A stretch of 64,000 nt of DNA from an uncultured Verrucomicrobiae bacterium (GCA_963836755.1 CAWIKF010000002.1:1536001-1600000); one strand, 5' to 3'; positions 1 through 11,371 are shown, counted from the first letter of the stretch. Numbers and translations are program-made. The notes: generated by a model from the sequence alone, not told the origin.

Positions 1-439
1 GACGTCCGCGCCAACTCCGAATGAACATGTGAAAAAAGTTCCGGCGCCGGTTAAAAAAGAAGCAACTGCGCCGACTCCCGCTCCGAGTCCGAAAAAAACA
101 AAGCCAAAAACAACGGAGGAATCTGAACAGGCCAACGGACTCAACGAACCTGTCCCGTTCGTCCCAAATACCCCATCCACGGAGTCAAAAACTTCCGTCA
201 AGCCGCTGCCGAATTCCGCGCAGGAAATGGCGCGCTTTCGCGAGGTCAAGGCAAAGGCGCTCGCCGATCCGCATGTGAAGGAATTGCAGGAAAAGTCCGA
301 CGGTGCCGCGGAAGGCGACGATCAGCAAAGTGCTTCGAAAGAATATTACCGCGCGTTGTTTAACAAGATGCGGAAGCTGGATCCGTCGCTGAAGGAGCGG
401 ATTGATCGCACCGAGGCGGCGACGCTGCGACGCTTGTAG
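1..439 (+). CDS. Hypothetical Pro/Thr-rich protein, 5'-truncated by the window edge
   Basis: Frame is open from position 2. Low-complexity N-terminal part and helical C-terminus (…YYRALFNKMRKLDPSLKERID…). Confidence 0.6.
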   Translation, partial: TSAPTPNEHVKKVPAPVKKEATAPTPAPSPKKTKPKTTEESEQANGLNEPVPFVPNTPSTESKTSVKPLPNSAQEMARFREVKAKALADPHVKELQEKSDGAAEGDDQQSASKEYYRALFNKMRKLDPSLKERIDRTEAATLRRL

Positions 440-441
440 AA

Positions 442-1068
442 CTACTGCAGTGCGCCCGCGGCGGTGCCGTAACGCTGCTCAATAATCGCGTCGGCGAGAT
501 GTTGCGCGATCGCCTCGTGGTATTGCGGCGTCGAGCATTGCGCGGCCTCACGCGGATTGCTCAGGAAGCCGCATTCCACCAGCACCGCGGGGAAATTGTT
601 CAGACGAAGCACGCGGAAATTTGCGTGCTCGATTCCGCGGTTTGGCGCAAGCGACGTGAGTTTTTTTTCAATGCAACGCGCAAATGATTCCGCGTAGGCC
701 GAATTGTAATACGTCTCGATTCCGCGGATGCGGCGGCGCGGCGAATCATTGAAATGAATGCTGATGAAAATCGCATCGTGCTGCGCATTGGAAATCTCGG
801 CGCGCTTGTTCAGCTCCACAAAATAATCGCCGTCGCGCGTGAGCACTGTGTTGAAGCCGGCCGCGCGCAGTTTCGGCGCGAGGCGCAGCGCGACATCGAG
901 CGTCTGCGTTTTTTCCATGCTGCCGCGTCGCGAGGTCGTGCCGCTGTCGCGCCCGCCGTGTCCGGGATCGATGACGACGGTGTGAAAACTGTGGCTCGTG
1001 TTCTTTACCGACGTCGCGCAACCGGCGAGCAACAAAACGAACGGCAGGAGAGCGCGAATGGTCTTCAT
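442..1068 (-). CDS. N-acetylmuramoyl-L-alanine amidase (Amidase_3), lipoprotein
   Basis: VVIDPGHGG, FISIHFN and PAVLVECGFLSN motifs; LAGC lipobox. Start taken at MKTIR. Confidence 0.92.
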   Translation of the reverse strand: MKTIRALLPFVLLLAGCATSVKNTSHSFHTVVIDPGHGGRDSGTTSRRGSMEKTQTLDVALRLAPKLRAAGFNTVLTRDGDYFVELNKRAEISNAQHDAIFISIHFNDSPRRRIRGIETYYNSAYAESFARCIEKKLTSLAPNRGIEHANFRVLRLNNFPAVLVECGFLSNPREAAQCSTPQYHEAIAQHLADAIIEQRYGTAAGALQ

Positions 1069-1136
1069 CGTGTGCAAAAGCCAGCCACTCTTGACGCCCC
1101 GCCGGTTCGCGTCAATGAACGTGTTCGATTCGCGCG

Positions 1137-3314
1137 ATGAAATTTCTTGTGTCGCTTTTATTCGGCAGTGTCACGGCGTTCTGCCAAATTCCTGTCGTGA
1201 AATACGTGCACGCAAACCGCCTCGTTCATGAAAAATCGCCCTACCTTTTGCAGCACGCGCACAACCCGGTGGACTGGTATCCGTGGGGCGAGGAGGCGTT
1301 CGCGAGGGCGCGGAAGGAGAACAAGCCGATCTTTCTCTCCGTCGGATATTCGACCTGCCATTGGTGCCATGTCATGGAGCGCGAATCGTTTGAAAACGAC
1401 GCCATCGCGAAAATTCTCAACGCCGATTTCGTCTCGATCAAAGTCGATCGCGAGGAGCGGCCGGACGTCGATCGTGTTTACATGACGTTCGTGCAGGCGA
1501 CCACCGGCGGAGGCGGCTGGCCGATGAGCGTGTGGCTCACGCCCGACCTGAAGCCGTTTGTCGGAGGCACATATTTTCCGCCGACCGATCGTTACGGGCA
1601 GCCGGGATTTGCGACGGTGCTGAAAAAAATCGCGGACGCGTGGCAAAACGATCGGCAACGCGTTGTTGAACAAGGAAATCAGATCATGGCGGCGCTGCAG
1701 GAGCATACTTCCTTCGCGTCGCGCGACACGCCGCTCGATCCCAAAATCTTCGACGGCGCATACGAGCAGCTCGCGCAAAACTTTGACGCCGAACAAGGCG
1801 GCTTCGGCAGCGCGCCAAAGTTTCCCCGGCCAGTCGCGCTGAACTTCCTTCTGCGAGTTTATGCGCGCGAACCGCAGTCGCCACGAGGCCGGCACGCGCT
1901 GGAAATGGTCACTTTCACTCTCCGCAAGATGGCCGCCGGCGGCATCCACGATCAGCTTGGCGGCGGCTTCCATCGCTACTCCGTCGACCGCTTTTGGCAT
2001 ATCCCGCATTTCGAAAAAATGCTCTACGATCAGGCGCAGCTGGCGAGTGCTTATTTAGACGCATTCCAAATAAAGCACGATCCACTTTTTGCACAAACCG
2101 CGCGCGACACTCTTGATTACGTCCGGCGCGAAATGACCGATGGACAGGGCGGATTTTATTCGGCCGAAGACGCCGACAGTCTCGCGCCGGATGGGCATGA
2201 AAAAAAAGAGGGCGCCTTTTATATTTGGACGAAAAAGGAACTGGATGAGCAGCTCGGTCAGGACGCAGAAATTTTTGACCGCGTCTATGGAGTCGAGCCG
2301 CACGGGAACGCGCCCGCAGGCAGTGATCCGCAAGGCGAGTTTGAAAACCAGAACACGCTTATCCGCCGTCTCACCGACGATGATGCGGTGGCGATTTTCA
2401 AAAAGTCAGCGCCGGAAATTCGCGACAGACTCAAAAAGGACCGCGACAAACTTTTAGAAATTCGCGCGAAACGTCCGCGGCCGCATCGGGACGACAAAAT
2501 TATCGCGGCGTGGAATGGCATGATGATCTCGGCTTTCGCGCGAGGCGCGCAGGTGCTTGACGATCCGGCGTATCTCGAGGCGGCGACGCACGCGGCAAAA
2601 TTTCTCCAGACGCAGCTTTATCGCGATGGCCAGCTCGTGCGGAGCTATCGCGATGGCGCGAGCGACGTGAGCGGCTTTGCAGATGATTACGCTTCTCTGA
2701 TTCAAGGTTTGCTCGACCTTTACGAGACCGGTTTTGACATCCATTGGCTCCGCTGGGCAGCTGATCTCCAGCAAAAGCAGGACGAACTTTTTGCCGACAC
2801 GTCCGGCGGTTATTTCAGCTCCGCCGCGAACGACCCGCACATCCTGCTGCGCATGAAGGAAGATTACGATGGCGCGGAACCGTCGCCCAATTCCACGGCA
2901 GCGCTGAACCTCCTGCGGCTTGGACAAATGACGGGCAATTGGTCGATGCGCGAGCGTGCAGAAAAGACGATCAAAACTTTCGCGCAGCAACTTTCGCGGC
3001 AACCAACGGCGATGCCGCAAATGCTCGTCGCGGCCGATTTTCTGGAATCAAAACCGAAGCAAATCGTGATTGCTGGAAAGGCCGGCGCACCTGATGTGAA
3101 GGCGCTTCTGCGCGAACTGCGCACGCATTTTCTTCCCAACAAAATCGTGCTGCTCGCGGACGGCGATGCCGATCACAGCTTGCTTGCGGGTAAACTTGAC
3201 TTCATGAAAACGATGGCGCCGATCGATGGCAGAGCTGCGGCGTTCGTGTGCGAGAATTACGTGTGCAAGCTGCCCGTGACGGGCCCGGCGGCGTTGCGTG
3301 AGGTTCTCAAATAG
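1137..3314 (+). CDS. YyaL/SSP411-family thioredoxin-domain protein
   Basis: [36 protein letters not shown] and [10 protein letters not shown] family motifs. Confidence 0.92.
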   Translation: MKFLVSLLFGSVTAFCQIPVVKYVHANRLVHEKSPYLLQHAHNPVDWYPWGEEAFARARKENKPIFLSVGYSTCHWCHVMERESFENDAIAKILNADFVSIKVDREERPDVDRVYMTFVQATTGGGGWPMSVWLTPDLKPFVGGTYFPPTDRYGQPGFATVLKKIADAWQNDRQRVVEQGNQIMAALQEHTSFASRDTPLDPKIFDGAYEQLAQNFDAEQGGFGSAPKFPRPVALNFLLRVYAREPQSPRGRHALEMVTFTLRKMAAGGIHDQLGGGFHRYSVDRFWHIPHFEKMLYDQAQLASAYLDAFQIKHDPLFAQTARDTLDYVRREMTDGQGGFYSAEDADSLAPDGHEKKEGAFYIWTKKELDEQLGQDAEIFDRVYGVEPHGNAPAGSDPQGEFENQNTLIRRLTDDDAVAIFKKSAPEIRDRLKKDRDKLLEIRAKRPRPHRDDKIIAAWNGMMISAFARGAQVLDDPAYLEAATHAAKFLQTQLYRDGQLVRSYRDGASDVSGFADDYASLIQGLLDLYETGFDIHWLRWAADLQQKQDELFADTSGGYFSSAANDPHILLRMKEDYDGAEPSPNSTAALNLLRLGQMTGNWSMRERAEKTIKTFAQQLSRQPTAMPQMLVAADFLESKPKQIVIAGKAGAPDVKALLRELRTHFLPNKIVLLADGDADHSLLAGKLDFMKTMAPIDGRAAAFVCENYVCKLPVTGPAALREVLK

Positions 3315-4116
3315 CGACTCCGCCCGACCGCGAAATTGCGAGTGAATAGCGGCCGCGCGTGGCGTGAACTTTGATCTCAGCGCCATATGCCTCGGTCAGG
3401 AACTTCGATTTCAGGACTGCCTTTTTTGGTCCAGACGCGAGCTCGCGGCCGTTTAGCAAAAGAAAAACATGTGAAAACACGGGAGTGATCTCCTCCACAT
3501 GATGCGTGACGAGGATGAGCGCCGGTGCGTTCGTCTCTCGGCCGAGTTTTTCGACGAATCGTAAAAAGTTTTCGCGCGCTACCGGATCAAGACCGGCGCA
3601 TGGCTCGTCGAGAATCAGCACGCGCGGCCGCGCCATCAGCGCTCGACCGATCAAAATCCGCTGCCGCTCGCCTTGTGAAAGCACGCGCCAAGGGCGTTCG
3701 ATGAGATGGGTGCATTCAATTTGTCGCAATATTTTCACTGCTCTCTCGCGATCCTTTTTTTCCACGCGTCCCCAGAAATCGATCATCGCATATTTGCCGC
3801 TGATGATGGTTTTCAGCGCCGGCTCGTCGTCGGCCATCATCTGCCGGACCGATGAACTGACGATGCCGATATTCTTTCGCAGTTCGCGCCAATCGCTTTC
3901 GCCATAACGTTTCCCGAGCACTTCGATTGAACCTCCGGTCGGTGCCATGTAAGCGGCAAGCGCGCTGAGCAGCGAAGTTTTGCCCGAGCCGTTCGCGCCG
4001 AGAATCGCCCAATGCTCGCCGCGACGCACGCACCACGAAATTCCATCGAGGATGAGAACGCCGCCCCGCTCGATGCTCAAGTCGCGCACAGCGAGAACGG
4101 GATTTTCCTTTCGCAT
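3307..4116 (-). CDS. ABC transporter ATP-binding protein (ModF/YlmA-like)
   Basis: Walker [14 protein letters not shown] signature, LILDEP, THH. Start at MRKENP. Confidence 0.88.
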   Translation of the reverse strand: MRKENPVLAVRDLSIERGGVLILDGISWCVRRGEHWAILGANGSGKTSLLSALAAYMAPTGGSIEVLGKRYGESDWRELRKNIGIVSSSVRQMMADDEPALKTIISGKYAMIDFWGRVEKKDRERAVKILRQIECTHLIERPWRVLSQGERQRILIGRALMARPRVLILDEPCAGLDPVARENFLRFVEKLGRETNAPALILVTHHVEEITPVFSHVFLLLNGRELASGPKKAVLKSKFLTEAYGAEIKVHATRGRYSLAISRSGGVAI

Positions 4117-4142
4117 GCGTCGGCGAAGTTTATTTTTGCGCG

Positions 4143-4748
4143 ATGGAGAAGCCAGCCGAAACAAAATATCCGATCCACGAATTGCTCGCCCGTCGCTGGA
4201 GCCCGCGCATCTTTGCAGAGCGCGCGGTCGAGGTGGAAAAGCTGCGCAGTCTGTTCGAAGCCGCACGCTGGGCGCCGTCGTCTTTCAACGCACAACCGTG
4301 GAGTTTCATCGTCGCGACACGTGACGATCCCGTGGAATTCGAGCGGCTGCTGCATTGCCTCGTGGAGTTCAATCAAGGCTGGGCGAAGTCTGCGTCGCTG
4401 CTGATGATTTCAGTCACGCATCTAGTTTTTGATCACAACGGAAAAGAGAATCGCCACGCGTTCCACGATGTCGGGCTGGCCACGGAAAATCTCGTGATTC
4501 AGGCGATGGCGCTTGGACTTTTCGCACACGGAATGGCCGGATTCGATGTGGAAAAAACTCGTGCGACTTATGCGATTCCAGATGCGTTCATGCCCGTCGC
4601 GGCGTGGGCAATCGGCTATCCCGGCGATCCGGCAAAACTTGATCCGCAGCTTCGTGAGCGCGAGCTCGAACCGCGTGTGCGCAAGCCAACGGACGCGTTT
4701 GTTTTCACTGGCGGCTGGCAAAAAACTGCGTCAGCAGTGCGCGGTTGA
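4143..4748 (+). CDS. Nitroreductase family protein
   Basis: RRWSPR and ARWAPSSFNAQPW motifs. Confidence 0.9.
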   Translation: MEKPAETKYPIHELLARRWSPRIFAERAVEVEKLRSLFEAARWAPSSFNAQPWSFIVATRDDPVEFERLLHCLVEFNQGWAKSASLLMISVTHLVFDHNGKENRHAFHDVGLATENLVIQAMALGLFAHGMAGFDVEKTRATYAIPDAFMPVAAWAIGYPGDPAKLDPQLRERELEPRVRKPTDAFVFTGGWQKTASAVRG

Positions 4749-4752
4749 ACTT

Positions 4753-6474
4753 TTAAACCACGCCTCTTCGCGCGAGCGCTTCGTCCATCGCGCGCTCCAC
4801 TAGCAAGGCCGCGAGTGGCTCCGTGCCTTGATCCAGCGCCGCATTCGCTTTTTTCAACCGCGGCACTTCATCGCTCGCGATAGCTTCTTCGACCTCGCGC
4901 ATCAGATGGGCGACACGCGACTTTTCTTCATCGCTGATTGCATCGCCGATCTGCGCCAGCGCGGCGCGCACTGCCGGCAGCATTTCATTCGCTTTCAATT
5001 TTGCCTCGGTCAGCATGCGCTCGCTCATGTCGTCGAATGCGTGCTCGACAGATTCCGCGATCATTTTTTCCACGGCTTCATCGGAAACATCCACGGCGCT
5101 TTTGATTTCGACAATGCGCTCGATGCCGGTTTTCACATCGCGCGCCAGCACGTGCAAAATGCCGTTCGCGTCGATGTCGAATTGCACGCCGACGCGCGCC
5201 TGGCCTTTCGTCACGGGTTCGAACGCGAGCTCGAATTGCCCGAGCGCCCAGTTGTCGCGCGCTATTTCGCGCTCGCCTTGCAGCACTTTGATTAACATCG
5301 ATCGCTGCCCCGCGAGCGCGTTCGTGAACATCTCGCCGGCCTTGAGCGGGATCGTCGAATTGCGCGGAATGAGGACGTTCATCAAGCCGCCAAACGTCTC
5401 GATCCCGAGTGACAGCGGTGTGACATCCAGCAGCACCATGTTTGAAACTGCGCCGCTCAAGATTCCGGCTTGGATTGTCGCGCCGAGCGCGACTGCTTCG
5501 TCAGGATTCTGTGAAATGTTTGGCTCGCGACCGAAGAATTCGCGGGCGAACTTTTGCACGAGTGGCATTCGCGTGACGCCGCCGACCAGAATGATTTCGT
5601 CGAGGTCGGATGCCGAAAGGTTTGCGTCGGCCAGCACGCGCTGACAATGGGCGCGCGTCCGCTCAACGATCGGCAGCGCCAACCGCTCAAGTTCGGCGCG
5701 AGTGAGTGGAAGTTTTACATGCGTCGCGCCGTCCGCGAAGGGCAGCGCGATTTCGACTTCCGTCTCCTTTGAAAGGCGATGCTTCGCCTCGATCGCGAGT
5801 TCGCGCAGACGCGGGTCTGTCCGTGGCAACTTTGACGCGAGGGCGTCGAGGAGGGCGTTGTCGATATCATCGCCGCCAAGCCGCGTGTTGCCATTGGTCG
5901 CGATGACGCGGAACACGCCGCTGTCGAATTCGAGAATGGAGATGTCAAACGTTCCGCCGCCGAGATCGTAAACGGCAAACTTCGATTTCTCGCGCAGCTT
6001 ATCCAGGCCGTAAGCAAGCGCAGCGGCGGTCGGTTCGTTCACGATCCGCTCGACCGTGAAACCCGCGAGCTCGCCAGCGGCTTTCGTCGCGTTGCGTTGC
6101 GTGTCGTTAAAATAAGCGGGCACGGTGATTACCGCTCGCGTCAAAGTTCGCTCCAGCGCGCGCTCCGCATCCGATTTCAACTTTTGCAAAATGAGCGATG
6201 AAATTTCCTCGGGCGAAAAGTTTCTGGAATGCATTGAGATCGATTCCGCCGCGCCCATTTTCCGTTTGATCGACGAAATTGTGTGCTCGGAATCGAGCGC
6301 GCGCATTCGCTGCGCTGCGCGACCGACGAGCGGTTCGCCGTCGGCTCGAAAGTGAACGACCGATGGCGTAAGCCGCTCCCCGTCTTGATCCGCGAGCAGG
6401 AGTGGAAAGCCGGCTTCCATCACGCCGATCAGGGAATTCGTGGTGCCTAGATCGATGCCGACGATGTCTGACAT
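4753..6474 (-). CDS. hscA: Hsp70-family chaperone, HscA-like
   Basis: GIDLGTTNS, TVPAYFND and DLGGGTFD motifs; adjacent to HscB and IscA genes. Confidence 0.85.
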   Translation of the reverse strand: MSDIVGIDLGTTNSLIGVMEAGFPLLLADQDGERLTPSVVHFRADGEPLVGRAAQRMRALDSEHTISSIKRKMGAAESISMHSRNFSPEEISSLILQKLKSDAERALERTLTRAVITVPAYFNDTQRNATKAAGELAGFTVERIVNEPTAAALAYGLDKLREKSKFAVYDLGGGTFDISILEFDSGVFRVIATNGNTRLGGDDIDNALLDALASKLPRTDPRLRELAIEAKHRLSKETEVEIALPFADGATHVKLPLTRAELERLALPIVERTRAHCQRVLADANLSASDLDEIILVGGVTRMPLVQKFAREFFGREPNISQNPDEAVALGATIQAGILSGAVSNMVLLDVTPLSLGIETFGGLMNVLIPRNSTIPLKAGEMFTNALAGQRSMLIKVLQGEREIARDNWALGQFELAFEPVTKGQARVGVQFDIDANGILHVLARDVKTGIERIVEIKSAVDVSDEAVEKMIAESVEHAFDDMSERMLTEAKLKANEMLPAVRAALAQIGDAISDEEKSRVAHLMREVEEAIASDEVPRLKKANAALDQGTEPLAALLVERAMDEALARRGVV

Positions 6475-6475
6475 A

Positions 6476-7033
6476 TCAAAAATTCAGCTGCACCACTCCT
6501 TCGCGCAACTGCGCGATCCATTTGTCGAGATACGCGAGGCGCTGCGACAAGGCCTCAAGTTGTTCGGCCATTACGTCCGGCCACGCTTCATCCGCGGCGC
6601 GCAAATCCGCGAGAGCGCGCTGGTTCAGTTCGTCGAGAAGAGCGAGCGATTTTTCGATCTCATCGAGCAGAGAAAAACTTTCACCCGCGAGCAATGCACG
6701 GCCGAGGGGACTCGCCGCGGAGCTTCGTCGCTCGAGGAAACGATCGAGCTTTGCACGAACCGCAGCGATTTTCATGAACGCGTCGCCGAGATCGGAAGGA
6801 ACGGCACGATCAGGCTTTCCGACGTGATTTGAGAGTTCCAACAGGTGCTTCAATCGAGATTGCGGCTCACGTAATGTGTTAAAGGCCTGGTTAATGTTTG
6901 CAAACGTTCCATCTTCCGCGCCTGCCACGTCTGGATGATATTTCGCGCTCAATTCGAAAAACTTCTGCTTTAGCGAATCCCCATCAAGCCACGGCCGGCG
7001 CGGTTCGCCGAGCAGCGCAAAATAATCGATCAC
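6476..7033 (-). CDS. hscB: J-domain co-chaperone HscB
   Basis: DYFALLG…YHPD…INQAFNTLREP J domain followed by a helical C-terminus. Confidence 0.8.
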   Translation of the reverse strand: MIDYFALLGEPRRPWLDGDSLKQKFFELSAKYHPDVAGAEDGTFANINQAFNTLREPQSRLKHLLELSNHVGKPDRAVPSDLGDAFMKIAAVRAKLDRFLERRSSAASPLGRALLAGESFSLLDEIEKSLALLDELNQRALADLRAADEAWPDVMAEQLEALSQRLAYLDKWIAQLREGVVQLNF

Positions 7034-7392
7034 GCCGCAAAACTTTCACCGCAGGAACAATGTGCGACGGCGTTCGGATTGGTCACCTTGAAGCCGCCTT
7101 TTTGGAGGTCATCGCTGAAATCGAGCAGCGATCCGCTGACGAAAAGGGCGCTTTTTGGATCGATCACCACACGCACATTTTTTGATTCAACGACGATGTC
7201 GCGATTGGCGGGACCATCGACGAGATCCATTTTGTATTGCAGTCCGGAGCAGCCGCCGCCGATGACGGCGACGCGGAGCGCGCCTTGCGGACGGCCTTGT
7301 TTCGCGAGCAGCGAGGAAAGTTTTGCGCCGGCGTTGTCGGTCAGCTTCACCAATTTTTCGTTGCCGATCTTGTATTTTATTTCGTCCGGCAT
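7030..7392 (-). CDS. iscA: A-type Fe-S carrier (IscA/ErpA/HesB family)
   Basis: GGCSGLQY and CSCGESF motifs. Confidence 0.9.
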   Translation of the reverse strand: MPDEIKYKIGNEKLVKLTDNAGAKLSSLLAKQGRPQGALRVAVIGGGCSGLQYKMDLVDGPANRDIVVESKNVRVVIDPKSALFVSGSLLDFSDDLQKGGFKVTNPNAVAHCSCGESFAA

Positions 7393-7398
7393 GGGCGG

Positions 7399-8400
7399 TC
7401 AGGCGTCGAGCCGCATTAACGGTCGTTGCTCATGCTGCAAATGCGCTGCAGCGATGTCCTCAAGTTCCGCGAGTGTGGAAACGTGCGCAATTTTGTTCCG
7501 CAGATTTCGGGCGTCAGGCATGCCGCGCGAGTAGGCCATGAGCCGCGCGCGAAGCGAATGCATTGTCGGAATCTCTGCGCCGCGGCGCGGGTGCGCGACG
7601 GCGAGTCGGCAGTGGCGCAGAATAAAATCCCATTGGCGGACGAGCGAAGGCGGCGGTGGAATTTCGCCGGTTGAGAGAAAAGTTTTGATCTCATGAAAAA
7701 TCCATGGCGCCGACATCGCGCCTCTTCCAATCATGATCCCAGCGACGCCGCTCTGCGCGCGCCGAAGTTTTACATCCGTGGCACATGTGATGTCGCCATT
7801 TCCGATCACGGGAATCGAGACGGCTTGTGCGACAGCAGCGATCACGTCCCAATCAGCCTCGCCGCTGTAGCCCTGCTCTTTGGTGCGGCCATGGACGGCG
7901 ATCGCCTGAACGCCTGCATTTTCCAGGATGCGCGCGGTGGTCGTGGCATTGATCGAGGCGCGGTCCCAGCCAATGCGGATCTTGGCGGTAACGGGCACAG
8001 GCGCGGCAGCGGTCACCACGGCGCGCGCTACTTTTTCCAAAAGCGGGCAATCGCGAAGCAGCGATGATCCGCCGTTTTTGCTGACGACTTTGTTGACCGG
8101 GCAGCCGAAATTCAGGTCGATGAAATCGGGCTGCTTCCAATCGATGACCATGCGCGCGGCCTCGCCGAGATGCGCGGGCTCCGCGCCGAAAAGCTGCACG
8201 CCAAGCGGGCGCTCGAGCTCGTCGAACTCGAGATAATCCATCGTGCGATGGTTGCGGCGAAAGATGCCCTCGGCGGAAACAAATTCCGTGACCACGACGT
8301 CCGCGCCTTGCTCCTTGCAGAGCTGGCGGAAAATCGTGTCCGTCACGCCGGCCATCGGCGCGAGATAGAGCGGAAACTTTTCCTGGAACCAAGTCAGCAT
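7399..8400 (-). CDS. dusB: tRNA-dihydrouridine synthase
   Basis: LAPMAGVTD, DLNFGCP, VHGRT and GNGDI motifs. Confidence 0.9.
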   Translation of the reverse strand: MLTWFQEKFPLYLAPMAGVTDTIFRQLCKEQGADVVVTEFVSAEGIFRRNHRTMDYLEFDELERPLGVQLFGAEPAHLGEAARMVIDWKQPDFIDLNFGCPVNKVVSKNGGSSLLRDCPLLEKVARAVVTAAAPVPVTAKIRIGWDRASINATTTARILENAGVQAIAVHGRTKEQGYSGEADWDVIAAVAQAVSIPVIGNGDITCATDVKLRRAQSGVAGIMIGRGAMSAPWIFHEIKTFLSTGEIPPPPSLVRQWDFILRHCRLAVAHPRRGAEIPTMHSLRARLMAYSRGMPDARNLRNKIAHVSTLAELEDIAAAHLQHEQRPLMRLDA

Positions 8401-8445
8401 GCGGCGCGGAACCTACTCCAGCCGCGTGCGGCATTCCAGCGGCGA

Positions 8446-9690
8446 TTACGGCGCCCACCAATCGCCCGAGACGACGAGCAGCGAGAGCAGCTTGAGCGTG
8501 CTGCCGAAATAATCGGCGGAATCGTCGTCAATCGGCGTGGCCAGGATTTGCGTCCAAAGTTTGTCGAGCCATTCCTGATTTCTCGCATCGATCATCGCGC
8601 TCACGGCGAGCGGCGCGGAGAAGGCGAGCGAATGTTCGTCGTCGTGAATGGCTCGGCCGCTCTTGATATAATAGCCGGCGCGGAGTTTGGCGGGATCGCC
8701 GCCGGTGGTTTGCTGGAGAAAATCATTCAACTTTTCGAGCACGAGCTTCGCGCGCGGATCGCCAGCGAGCAGGTAATCGACGCCGATGCGGAAGGGAAAG
8801 CGGCACGAGTTATAGGAATATTCACCGTCAAACTTTGACTCCAGAAAATCGGCGCGAGCGGGTTCCGGCGCAGGCGTGTTTAATTTGCGAGCAAAGTCCG
8901 GAACAAGTCCTGTGGCCGGCGCGGATGTGTTTTGCAAGTCACTTGCAGCGGAATAGCAGCGGCCGATCAGCGCGGGCCAAAGTTTGTCGCCAGTCGCACG
9001 ATAAAAGGCGCGAAAGTGATTCGTCAAAAAATCTGAGAGGCGCGTGTCGTTTGCATTCTTGCTCTTCCGGTCGACCCAGTCGCCGAGTTTGATCGACGGA
9101 TTTTTGACATTGATGTCGCCGCTTTTGATGCCGGCAATGACGCGCAGCGCCTCGACGCGGTAATGCACTTTGCCGGCGCTGCCCCATTGCGCATCGGCGA
9201 GCAGCAGCGCGTAGGCGATATCGAGATCGCCGTCGGTTGCGGAGTCGTCGTCTCCTTTGGGACTTTGGCAGCCGGCGACTTGCATCCACGCCATCAGCTC
9301 CGGCGTGAAGCTGCTCGGATGCGCGCGAAAGTAGGCGTAGAGCTCATCGAACTCCGTTTGCGCGGCGGGATCGTGGCCAGCCATGAGCGCTGTGATCAGC
9401 ATTCCGTAGCCGTGCGCTTCGGAGACAGTGATCGCCTCCGAATTTTCGAGACTGCTTTCGCGATTGGCGAAAATATAGAGCTGGCCGGCGACGCAGCCGG
9501 CGTGGAGATAGCGCGCTTTCCAGGCATCGTAAAAGTTTGCGACAGCGGCGTCGCGCTGCGATTGCGTGGCGACGGACGGGAGGATCGTTCCCGCAGTGTA
9601 AACAGTATGTTGTGGGAAGGGGTGGGCTGGATTTTGAGCGAACGCGGCAGCAGCGGCGAGCAACCAAAAAAGTGCGCCGGCGCGCATCAA
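8446..9690 (-). CDS. Secreted glycoside hydrolase family 8 (chitosanase/licheninase/endoglucanase-like)
   Basis: Signal peptide; TVSEAHGYGM, SATDGDLDIAYALLLA and YNSCR motifs. Confidence 0.9.
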   Translation of the reverse strand: MMRAGALFWLLAAAAAFAQNPAHPFPQHTVYTAGTILPSVATQSQRDAAVANFYDAWKARYLHAGCVAGQLYIFANRESSLENSEAITVSEAHGYGMLITALMAGHDPAAQTEFDELYAYFRAHPSSFTPELMAWMQVAGCQSPKGDDDSATDGDLDIAYALLLADAQWGSAGKVHYRVEALRVIAGIKSGDINVKNPSIKLGDWVDRKSKNANDTRLSDFLTNHFRAFYRATGDKLWPALIGRCYSAASDLQNTSAPATGLVPDFARKLNTPAPEPARADFLESKFDGEYSYNSCRFPFRIGVDYLLAGDPRAKLVLEKLNDFLQQTTGGDPAKLRAGYYIKSGRAIHDDEHSLAFSAPLAVSAMIDARNQEWLDKLWTQILATPIDDDSADYFGSTLKLLSLLVVSGDWWAP

Positions 9691-10178
9691 ATCAACTGCG
9701 CGGCGACTTCGTCCTGCACAGAGCCGAGCTGGTCGAGACGAAGTTGCGGATCGGGAATCACGAAAACTTCACCGCTTTTTGCGTGCTCATAAATTAGCAC
9801 GCGGCCTTCGTCGGTGAACTTTGTTTCCACTTGTTTCAGCGTCCGTTTGCGCTCGAGCATCAGCGCGAGGATGTAGCGGGCGTTTGCGTGGCGCGCGTCA
9901 TTTTCCTGCATGTAGCGCCGCAGTAAATCTTCGGCGGTTTCTTTTGCGAGCGCCTCGGGCGGCGCGGGCGGCGGGAGCTCGAAGCGGCTGCGCCAGAATG
10001 AAAACGGCGCAATGTTGTCGTTGCGCTGCAGCCACGCTTCCTCGCTCAAATCTTCGCGGCGGAATCCGTCGCGGCCATGAAAAAGCAGCGTGTAAAAGTA
10101 TTCGCCCTCGGCGAATTCGCGGCCGGTCGCGGAGCACTTTTCCGCGCGCCCCTGGATTGTCCATTCGTTCTGCATCAT
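9687..10178 (-). CDS. Conserved hypothetical protein
   Basis: MMQNEWTIQGRAEKC…; ATGA-type overlaps with both neighbours indicate a real operon gene. Confidence 0.75.
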   Translation of the reverse strand: MMQNEWTIQGRAEKCSATGREFAEGEYFYTLLFHGRDGFRREDLSEEAWLQRNDNIAPFSFWRSRFELPPPAPPEALAKETAEDLLRRYMQENDARHANARYILALMLERKRTLKQVETKFTDEGRVLIYEHAKSGEVFVIPDPQLRLDQLGSVQDEVAAQLI

Positions 10179-11311
10179 TTGTGTGCGCGCTTGGAACCGA
10201 GCTTCGGCAATTCGCGATTCGTCGAGCGCAGATAGAGGAGCAAAAATCCGATCGTGCCGAACAAAAGGTTGGGTGCCCACGCGGCGACAGCGGGCGGAAT
10301 GCGCGCGCCTTTGCCGAGCGCGAGAAAAAGATTGGTAAGAAAAATCATGGAAAAGAAAATGAAGAGCGAGCTCGCAACGCCGGCGAGCACGCCGCGGCGC
10401 GAGTAGACAATGCCGAGCGGCGCTGCGATGAACACGACGACGAAGCAGGACCACGGCAGCGCCCAGCGGTATTGCAGATGCGTGCGATACGGCGCGAGCA
10501 TTGCCTCGGGAAAATCGGAATTGTATTTCAAATAATCGCGAAGCTCCGGCACGGAGAGGCTCGCGGGCTCGAGGTTCGTGCTGGCGATGCGCCACGGCGT
10601 TTCCGACCAGTCGCTGACTCTGCGCGCGCCGGCGAGCCAGAGATCTTCGGTGGTGATGTTGCCGTCTTTGTCAAAGTGCACGGTCTTGCCGCGCTCGAAG
10701 CTCCACGTCTTTGTATCCGGGTCGAACAACGCGCGGCGAGCATACCATTTCGTCGTGATGTTCCCCTCCGGGTCCTGCTGGATGATGTGAATGCCGTGCA
10801 AATCATCGGCGCCTTTTTTCATCTCCTGTACATACCACATGCGATTGTCGGCGCGGTTGCGGAAGAGCTGCGCCTCGATGCCGGAGTTCTTGTCTTTGCC
10901 GTTGATTTGGTCGAGCACCGCTTTTTTCGTCTGGTCGGAGTGCGGCGCGAGTTTGTAGTTGAGCGCGAGGCTGGCGAGGCTGATGACGACGCCCATGCCC
11001 ATGAGCGGAAATAAAATGCGGACGACGCTGCGGCCCGCGGTGAGCATCGAGATGATTTCATTCGAGCGCGACATGCGGCTGAGCGAATAAAGCAACGCGA
11101 GCAAAAGACCGACCGGCAGACTGATCACCGCGATCTGCGGCAATTGCGTGGCGTAAAAGTAGGCGATGCGCAGCGGCGAAACTTTTGCCTGGATGAAATC
11201 GGGGCCGTTGTCGCTCAAGTCGAACACGAGCCAGATCGCGAGAAAGCCGAGAAAGCAGAGCAGAAACGGCACGAGAAAATTTTTCAGGACGTATCGGTCG
11301 AGGATTCTCAC
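10175..11311 (-). CDS. LptF/LptG-family LPS export permease
   Basis: RILDRYVL start, MSRSNEIISM, six TM segments, AAWAPNLLF. Confidence 0.9.
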   Translation of the reverse strand: MRILDRYVLKNFLVPFLLCFLGFLAIWLVFDLSDNGPDFIQAKVSPLRIAYFYATQLPQIAVISLPVGLLLALLYSLSRMSRSNEIISMLTAGRSVVRILFPLMGMGVVISLASLALNYKLAPHSDQTKKAVLDQINGKDKNSGIEAQLFRNRADNRMWYVQEMKKGADDLHGIHIIQQDPEGNITTKWYARRALFDPDTKTWSFERGKTVHFDKDGNITTEDLWLAGARRVSDWSETPWRIASTNLEPASLSVPELRDYLKYNSDFPEAMLAPYRTHLQYRWALPWSCFVVVFIAAPLGIVYSRRGVLAGVASSLFIFFSMIFLTNLFLALGKGARIPPAVAAWAPNLLFGTIGFLLLYLRSTNRELPKLGSKRAHK

Positions 11312-11371
11312 GGGCGAGGGAAGTTACTGAACTCGCGGCGCGATACCCAAGCAAATTTCATCGCGAACGGC

